Assembly (NCBI GenBank): GCA_022711395.1
Contig: JAKLFA010000001.1
Coordinates: 451,277-515,276 of the forward strand
DNA length: 64,000 bases
DNA from: Candidatus Omnitrophota bacterium
Lineage (GTDB): Bacteria > Omnitrophota > Gorgyraeia > Zapsychrales > JANLHA01
Reading direction: 5' to 3'
Below the pieces are notes generated by a model that was given only the letters and a program-made list of their open reading frames with translations, made no database searches and was not told where the DNA came from. Shown one piece after another: positions 58,736 to 64,000 of the stretch. Made by a program: the position numbers and the translations under genes. The first letter of the stretch is position 1, and each line of letters begins with the position of its first letter.

Positions 58736-59779
58736 ATGGTCATGAACATAAAAGCACAGCGTATATTGATCGTCCGCACGGACCGTATCGGGGATGTGGT
58801 TTTGACAACACCGGCGATCGCCGCGTTGAGAAAGCACGCTCCAGATATCTATATCGCCGTGTTGGTTTCTGCTTCGACAGCGGATCTGGTGAGGGGAAAC
58901 CCGCATTTGGATGAGGTCCTTATTGATGACCGCGCAGGAAAGAACCGGGGCCTCGGGGGATTTTGGCGTCTTGTGGGCGAGCTTAAAAAAAAGAGGTTTG
59001 ATGCGGCCATCAATTTTCACACCAAGAAGCGGACCAATCTTGCGTGTTTTCTAGCCGGGATCCCTAAAAGGATCGGTTATCAAAATGAAAAGTTCGGTTT
59101 TCTTTTAACGGATCCGCTGCCTGACGAACGGCCGTTGGGTGCCAAACATGAGGCCCAATATTGTATGGATGTTTTAGGCGCTTTGGGGATTGCCGGGGAA
59201 AGGATTGAGATGCATGTTCCGGTTTCGGACCAAAGCCGGGTGTGGGTCGAAGAGAAGTTTCGCAAGCATCAGTGGGATCATGTCAAGCCGCTGATCGCCA
59301 TTCATAGCGGGTCAAGCTGCCCGACCAAAAAATGGCCTGTCGAGTATTTTTCCGAATTGATGGGCATGCTTGAGCGGAAATATCACGGGAGTTTTGTTCT
59401 GCTCGGAGGAAAGGATAACGTTGAGACCGCCTTGGAATTGATGAAAAGGTGTGGAGTGAAGAACGTTCTTGATCTGACTGGACAGATATCATTAGCCCAA
59501 TTGGCCGCTCTTCTAGAGCGTTGCGACCTTCTGGTATCCAATGATTCAGGACCGGTCCATATTGCGGCCGCGTTAAATACCAGAGTGGTTTCGATCTTTA
59601 CCCGGAACCAGCCGGGGATCAATCCTGAACGCTGGAGGCCTTTAGGTAAACGGTCCGCCTTTGTGGCGCCCGCATTGGATATGACGGTGTCATTCGCCAA
59701 TGGAAAGGCGGATGATCCAAAATATTTGTATCAAATTACGCCACAAGAGGTTATGACGGCAGTTGACGCTATATTTTAA
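58736..59779 (+). CDS. GT9 heptosyltransferase-family glycosyltransferase
   Basis: RILIVRTDRIGDVVLTTPAIAALRKHAP. Confidence 0.75.
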   Translation: MVMNIKAQRILIVRTDRIGDVVLTTPAIAALRKHAPDIYIAVLVSASTADLVRGNPHLDEVLIDDRAGKNRGLGGFWRLVGELKKKRFDAAINFHTKKRTNLACFLAGIPKRIGYQNEKFGFLLTDPLPDERPLGAKHEAQYCMDVLGALGIAGERIEMHVPVSDQSRVWVEEKFRKHQWDHVKPLIAIHSGSSCPTKKWPVEYFSELMGMLERKYHGSFVLLGGKDNVETALELMKRCGVKNVLDLTGQISLAQLAALLERCDLLVSNDSGPVHIAAALNTRVVSIFTRNQPGINPERWRPLGKRSAFVAPALDMTVSFANGKADDPKYLYQITPQEVMTAVDAIF

Positions 59780-59827
59780 CTATGCTAAAATCACACCCTC
59801 TAATATCTATATTTAAAGGAGAAGATC

Positions 59828-60856
59828 TTGTCGACATATAAAACGATCATTTCAAGATTTAAGAACAAAAGGATCATGGTCGTAGGTGATGTGATCCTTG
59901 ACCGTTACATCCAGGGCAGTGTTTCACGGATCTCTCCGGAAGCGCCGGTACCGGTCGTTCTGGAAGAATCGTTCTCATATCAACCGGGTGGGGCGGCCAA
60001 TGTCGCGCATAACCTGGCTGCGCTGGGCGCTAAGGTCACTCAGGTCGGCAAGACCGGCTTTGATTTTGAAGGACAGCTTTTGAAACGCGACCTCAAGCGA
60101 AAGGGGATCGATATCAGCGGAATTTTCTCCGACCGGAAAATGGCCACGATCACCAAGACCCGCGTCATCGCCCAGCATCAGCAGGTCGTTCGTATCGATC
60201 GAGAAAAGCCCGTCATACGGCCGGATGCCGCGTTGGATAAAAAGGTCGCGTCTTTTATCGAAGAGCGCCTTAAAAAAACGGATGCGGTGATCGTTTCCGA
60301 CTATGGCAAGGGTTTGATCACTCCCAAAATGGTTGAGGCAGTGCGCGACCGCGCGCTGGCATACAAGATCCCGATCACTGTTGATCCGAAGGTCGAACAT
60401 TTCGCCTGCTATCGGAACGTGACCTGTATTACGCCGAACTTAAAAGAAGCGGAGAATGCCATTCGCAATATTAAGATCCGTGAGGCTGACGCTCAAGAGC
60501 TGGGTTTGAGCAGCGACCGCCTTTATTCCATGAAGGATGTGGAGCGCGCCGGAGATAGGCTTTTGAAATATCTCAACCTGGAGTCGTTGCTGATCACGCT
60601 AGGCGAGCGCGGGATGTGCCTTTTCGAGAAGGGGAAAGTGCCTTATGGTATCGATACCCGGGCGCAGGAAGTCTATGATGTGACCGGGGCGGGGGACGCG
60701 GTCATTTCGGTCTTTACGCTGGCCCTGACGGCCGGGGCGAACAAACAGAAAGCCGCCGAGTTGGCTAATTATGCGGCCGGTGTGGTGGTCGGTAAAATGG
60801 GAGCGGTCGCGGTGTCTCCCGAAGAATTATCAGGCGCAATCAAAGGGGCGTTATGA
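59828..60856 (+). CDS. hldA: D-glycero-beta-D-manno-heptose 7-phosphate kinase (HldE domain I / HldA, PfkB family)
   Basis: TTG start with RBS aaaggag. RIMVVGDVILDRYIQGSVSRISPEAPVPVV. GAGD anion hole at the C-terminus. Confidence 0.8.
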   Translation: MSTYKTIISRFKNKRIMVVGDVILDRYIQGSVSRISPEAPVPVVLEESFSYQPGGAANVAHNLAALGAKVTQVGKTGFDFEGQLLKRDLKRKGIDISGIFSDRKMATITKTRVIAQHQQVVRIDREKPVIRPDAALDKKVASFIEERLKKTDAVIVSDYGKGLITPKMVEAVRDRALAYKIPITVDPKVEHFACYRNVTCITPNLKEAENAIRNIKIREADAQELGLSSDRLYSMKDVERAGDRLLKYLNLESLLITLGERGMCLFEKGKVPYGIDTRAQEVYDVTGAGDAVISVFTLALTAGANKQKAAELANYAAGVVVGKMGAVAVSPEELSGAIKGAL

Positions 60857-61596
60857 AAGCGATCGGCGTGATCCCTGCCCGTTGGGCATCGACCCGGTTT
60901 CCCGGAAAAGTCCTTGCTGAGATACACGGCAAACCCATGATCCAATATGTCTGGCAGCAGGCCAAGAAGGCCAAGCTTTTAAATGATGTTATCGTGGCTT
61001 GCGATGATGACCGTGTGCTGAGGGTCGTTAAAGGCTTTGGCGGAAAGGCCGTCATGACATCCATGGATCATCCATCCGGGACGGACCGTATCGCTGAAGC
61101 GGTAGGGGAGTTGAAAGTCGATGTGATCGTCAATATTCAGGGTGATGAGCCGTTGATCTCTCCGGATGTGATTGATATGCTGGCTGATTCGCTCATTAAG
61201 GATGAGGAAGCTCCGATGGCAACGGTCGCCCGGAGGATCACTAACCCCGCAGTCCTTGACAACCCCAATGTTGTTAAGGTCGTTATAAACCGTAAGAAAG
61301 AGGCGCTGTATTTTTCACGTTTCTCCATTCCCTTTAATCGCGAAAAAAAAGATTTTTCGGATGCTGTTTATTATCAACATCTGGGGCTTTATGCCTACCG
61401 CCGTGATTTTTTGATGAAATTTGACCAGCTCCCCAAATCGTCGCTGGAGGAAACGGAGAAGCTGGAGCAATTGCGGGTCCTGGAGGCGGGTTACCGTATT
61501 AAGATCGTGGAAACGGATTATGAAACGGTCGGCGTGGACACACCTGAAGATCTGACAAAAGTGATACAAATGATTCCAGGAGAGCTCAATGGTTAA
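60853..61596 (+). CDS. kdsB: 3-deoxy-manno-octulosonate cytidylyltransferase
   Basis: IGVIPARWASTRFPGKVL. Confidence 0.9.
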   Translation: MKAIGVIPARWASTRFPGKVLAEIHGKPMIQYVWQQAKKAKLLNDVIVACDDDRVLRVVKGFGGKAVMTSMDHPSGTDRIAEAVGELKVDVIVNIQGDEPLISPDVIDMLADSLIKDEEAPMATVARRITNPAVLDNPNVVKVVINRKKEALYFSRFSIPFNREKKDFSDAVYYQHLGLYAYRRDFLMKFDQLPKSSLEETEKLEQLRVLEAGYRIKIVETDYETVGVDTPEDLTKVIQMIPGELNG

Positions 61597-62416
61597 AAAG
61601 ATCAAGGTCGGGGATGTTGTTTTTGGGGGGCAGAAACCGTTTGTTCTGATCGCAGGCCCGTGCGTTATCGAAGATGAGCGGACGGTCATGACGATCGCTG
61701 AGAATTTGAAGGACATAACAGACAGGTTGAAGGTCCCGTTCGTTTTTAAGGCCAGTTATGATAAGGCGAACCGCACGTCGTTAAGATCGTTCCGCGGCCC
61801 CGGGCTGAAAAAAGGTCTGAAAATCCTGAACAAGGTCAAGACTCAGATGTGTGTTCCGGTCTTAAGTGATATTCATACCCCGGAAGATGCGAAGGAGGCC
61901 GCCGAAGTCCTGGACATTTTGCAGATCCCGGCTTTTTTATGCCGGCAGACGGATCTATTAGTGGCTGCGGCAAAAACACGAAAGGCCGTCAATATCAAAA
62001 AAGGCCAGTTTTTGGCGCCTTGGGACATGGGGCAGGCTGTTGCCAAGGTTGCGGAAAGCGGCAACAACAATATCTTATTGACCGAGCGCGGCACGACATT
62101 TGGCTATAACACGCTGGTCACGGATTTCCGCTCATTGGCGCAAATGCGAGAATTGGGGTATCCGGTGATCATGGATGCCACGCACAGCGTTCAACAGCCT
62201 GGCGGGCTTGGTAAAGTGTCCGGCGGAAAAAGTGAATTCATTCCGTTGATGGCCCGTTGCGGAGTGGCCGCGGGATGCGATGGAGTCTTTATGGAGGTCC
62301 ACACTGATCCGAAACGAGCACTTTCCGATGGGCCGAACATGATCGCCGTCGACCGCCTGGAAGATCTTTTGGTCGATTTGATCACGATCGATGCGGTCGT
62401 CAAACGTAAACGATAA
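61589..62416 (+). CDS. kdsA: 2-dehydro-3-deoxyphosphooctonate aldolase (Kdo8P synthase)
   Basis: DAHO synthase-family TIM-barrel pattern (LIAGPCVIED, KASYDKANRTS). Confidence 0.9.
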   Translation: MVKKIKVGDVVFGGQKPFVLIAGPCVIEDERTVMTIAENLKDITDRLKVPFVFKASYDKANRTSLRSFRGPGLKKGLKILNKVKTQMCVPVLSDIHTPEDAKEAAEVLDILQIPAFLCRQTDLLVAAAKTRKAVNIKKGQFLAPWDMGQAVAKVAESGNNNILLTERGTTFGYNTLVTDFRSLAQMRELGYPVIMDATHSVQQPGGLGKVSGGKSEFIPLMARCGVAAGCDGVFMEVHTDPKRALSDGPNMIAVDRLEDLLVDLITIDAVVKRKR

Positions 62417-62418
62417 GG

Positions 62419-63384
62419 ATGGATATGTCATTATCTAAAGCCAAAGAATTGATCCTGATCGAGGCTGAAGCTGTTCGAGGGCTTCTTAAAAAATTGGATG
62501 GCAATTTTGAGCGCGCCCTGGACCTGATCATGAAATGCAAAGGGCGTGTGATCGTTTCCGGAATGGGAAAGACCGGGATCGTCGGGCGCAAGATCGCGGC
62601 AACGCTTTCGTCAACAGGAACCCCCAGTATCTTTATGCACAGTGCTGAGGCGGTGCATGGGGACCTGGGGCAGGTGACTTCGGATGATGTGGTGATCGTG
62701 ATTTCGACCAGCGGCGAAACGGAAGAGACGACCCGGCTGATTCCGCTCTTAAAAAAGATCGGGGCGAAGACTATCGCCATGACCGGTAATTTGAAATCCC
62801 GTCTGGCCAAGCACGCGGATGTCGCGATCGATGTCGGTGTTGAGAAGGAGGGTTGTCCTTTGGGGGTGGCCCCGATGGCCTCAACAACAGCTACGCTCGT
62901 CATGGGTGATGCCCTGGCCGCGTGCCTGATCGTGCGCAGAAAATTCCGTAAAGAAGATTTCGCTTTCTATCATCCCGGCGGGTCCCTGGGACGGCAGCTC
63001 TATCTTAGGGTTTCGGACCTTATGAGAGGGGCCAAGCACTATCCTTGTGTCGATCAGGGCATGCCTGTTAAAAAAGTTTTGATCGCCATCACAAAGGCCC
63101 GTTGTGGTTCGGCCTGCGTGGTCAACGCTTCAGGGAAGCTTTTAGGGATCCTGACCGATGGTGATATCCGCAGGAACCTCGAGCATGGCGAGGAATTCTT
63201 GAACAAGAAAGTTTCAGCTGTGATGACCAAAAATCCTGTGTGCATCAAGCAGGAAGAGTTGGCGGTCGAGGCGTTCCATCTTTTGAAGGAACGTAATATC
63301 GATGAGCTTCCGGTCGTTGATGCAAAGGGAAAATCTGTCGGGCTTCTGGATATCCAGGACCTGTTGAAGGCGGGGCTGTTTTAA
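62419..63384 (+). CDS. kdsD: Arabinose-5-phosphate isomerase (SIS plus tandem CBS)
   Basis: GRVIVSGMGKTG SIS motif. C-terminal CBS pair. Confidence 0.85.
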   Translation: MDMSLSKAKELILIEAEAVRGLLKKLDGNFERALDLIMKCKGRVIVSGMGKTGIVGRKIAATLSSTGTPSIFMHSAEAVHGDLGQVTSDDVVIVISTSGETEETTRLIPLLKKIGAKTIAMTGNLKSRLAKHADVAIDVGVEKEGCPLGVAPMASTTATLVMGDALAACLIVRRKFRKEDFAFYHPGGSLGRQLYLRVSDLMRGAKHYPCVDQGMPVKKVLIAITKARCGSACVVNASGKLLGILTDGDIRRNLEHGEEFLNKKVSAVMTKNPVCIKQEELAVEAFHLLKERNIDELPVVDAKGKSVGLLDIQDLLKAGLF

Positions 63385-63908
63385 TGGTGAAGCGTTCAAA
63401 GACCTGTTTACGCAAGATCAAGGTGCTCGCACTGGATGTGGACGGTGTTCTCACCGATGGAAAGATTGTCATAGATTCTCAAGGGCAGGAATTGAAGTTC
63501 TATGATGTGAAGGACGGGTTTGCCATACACCTTTGGCATAAAGCGGGGCTCAAAACCGCGATCATCACCGCGCGTTCTTCTAAACCTGTGGAAGTCAGGG
63601 CCAAGGACTTGAAGATCGGGCTTGTTTATCAGGATGCTTTTCCGAAGATCCAATATTATGAAAAGATGCTGGCGCAATACAAGGTGAACGCTGATGAGGT
63701 CTGTTTTATTGGAGATGACCTGCCGGATTTGGAACTGATCCGCCATTCCGGACTGGGGGCCGCTCCGGCCAACGCCGCTCCGGAAGTTAAGGCCGTGGCG
63801 GGTTATGTGTGCCGGAATAACGGAGGCGATGGCGCTGTCCGTGAGGTGATCGAACTGATCCTGAAGGCGCAGGACAAATGGGATGAGATGGTTGATCCCG
63901 CAAAGTGA
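63384..63908 (+). CDS. kdsC: Kdo 8-phosphate phosphatase (HAD family)
   Basis: LALDVDGVLTDG HAD motif I. C-terminal GDDLPD. Confidence 0.85.
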   Translation: MVKRSKTCLRKIKVLALDVDGVLTDGKIVIDSQGQELKFYDVKDGFAIHLWHKAGLKTAIITARSSKPVEVRAKDLKIGLVYQDAFPKIQYYEKMLAQYKVNADEVCFIGDDLPDLELIRHSGLGAAPANAAPEVKAVAGYVCRNNGGDGAVREVIELILKAQDKWDEMVDPAK

Positions 63909-63914
63909 GGTCCA

Positions 63915-64000
63915 ATGGCAAAGAAATCCTTTTATGTTCCCGGGATATGTTTAATGGTGTTTATTTTCTTCTTGGCGCCTTGTCTGAGCGCTGGCGCTCA
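63915..64000 (+). CDS. Partial (5' end only) membrane-anchored or signal-peptide protein, possibly LptC by synteny
   Basis: MAKKSFYVPGICLMVFIFFLAPCLSAGA. Truncated by the window edge. Confidence 0.35.
   Translation, partial: MAKKSFYVPGICLMVFIFFLAPCLSAGA

Noticed and set aside
1-64000. CRISPR arrays, IS elements, prophage or defence islands
   Set aside because: No regularly spaced direct repeats, transposase, integrase plus cargo, restriction-modification, or toxin-antitoxin pairs were recognisable. The window looks like core chromosome.

Overview
Overview: this is a 64 kb chromosomal segment of a diderm (LPS-producing) bacterium, about 50% GC, probably from an uncultivated lineage. It is densely coding, almost entirely on the + strand, and many genes overlap by 4 bp (ATGA), which suggests translational coupling. 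I did not see a CRISPR array, transposase or prophage module. Coding content, left to right: (a) a pair of exported proteins (a lipoprotein and a glycine-zipper lipoprotein with a zinc ribbon), pckA, an exported Memo-AMMECR1 fusion, a DCC-family thiol-disulfide oxidoreductase, a secreted coiled-coil protein and an AsmA-family protein; (b) mixed genes (YgjP/DUF45 hydrolase, flavodoxin-like NAD(P)H oxidoreductase, MORN-variant protein, orphan receiver domain, DUF167, YqeY) and a 1091-aa GH94-like (alpha/alpha)6 glycoside phosphorylase/hydrolase homolog; (c) a complete eight-gene Bat aerotolerance-type operon (MoxR, DUF58, membrane protein, BatA-E); (d) a secreted cysteine-rich protein; (e) lpxB(-) divergent from msbA, then rpsB-tsf-pyrH-frr and a tRNA-Lys/Leu/Gly cluster; (f) a nitrogen-PTS module (ptsN-yvcK-NPr-ptsI), a sugar nucleotidyltransferase, metK and ahcY; (g) a regulatory leader region (promoter, two BCAA-codon-rich leader peptides each followed by an intrinsic terminator, a small Trp-rich ORF, and a palindromic operator inside a promoter) ahead of ilvC-leuA; (h) aroE, a prepilin peptidase, aroK, dprA, topA, xerC; (i) a long LPS inner-core locus: waaA, lpxK, an LpxL-ELM1 fusion, a GT4-GT9 fusion, GT4, three GT9 heptosyltransferases, a heptose-7-P kinase, kdsB, kdsA, kdsD, kdsC and the start of a probable lptC. 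Most interesting: the tandem ilv-type attenuators, the exported Memo-AMMECR1 fusion with no radical SAM partner, the secreted Cys-rich protein, the unusual glycosyltransferase fusions in the LPS locus, and the GH94-like giant protein.
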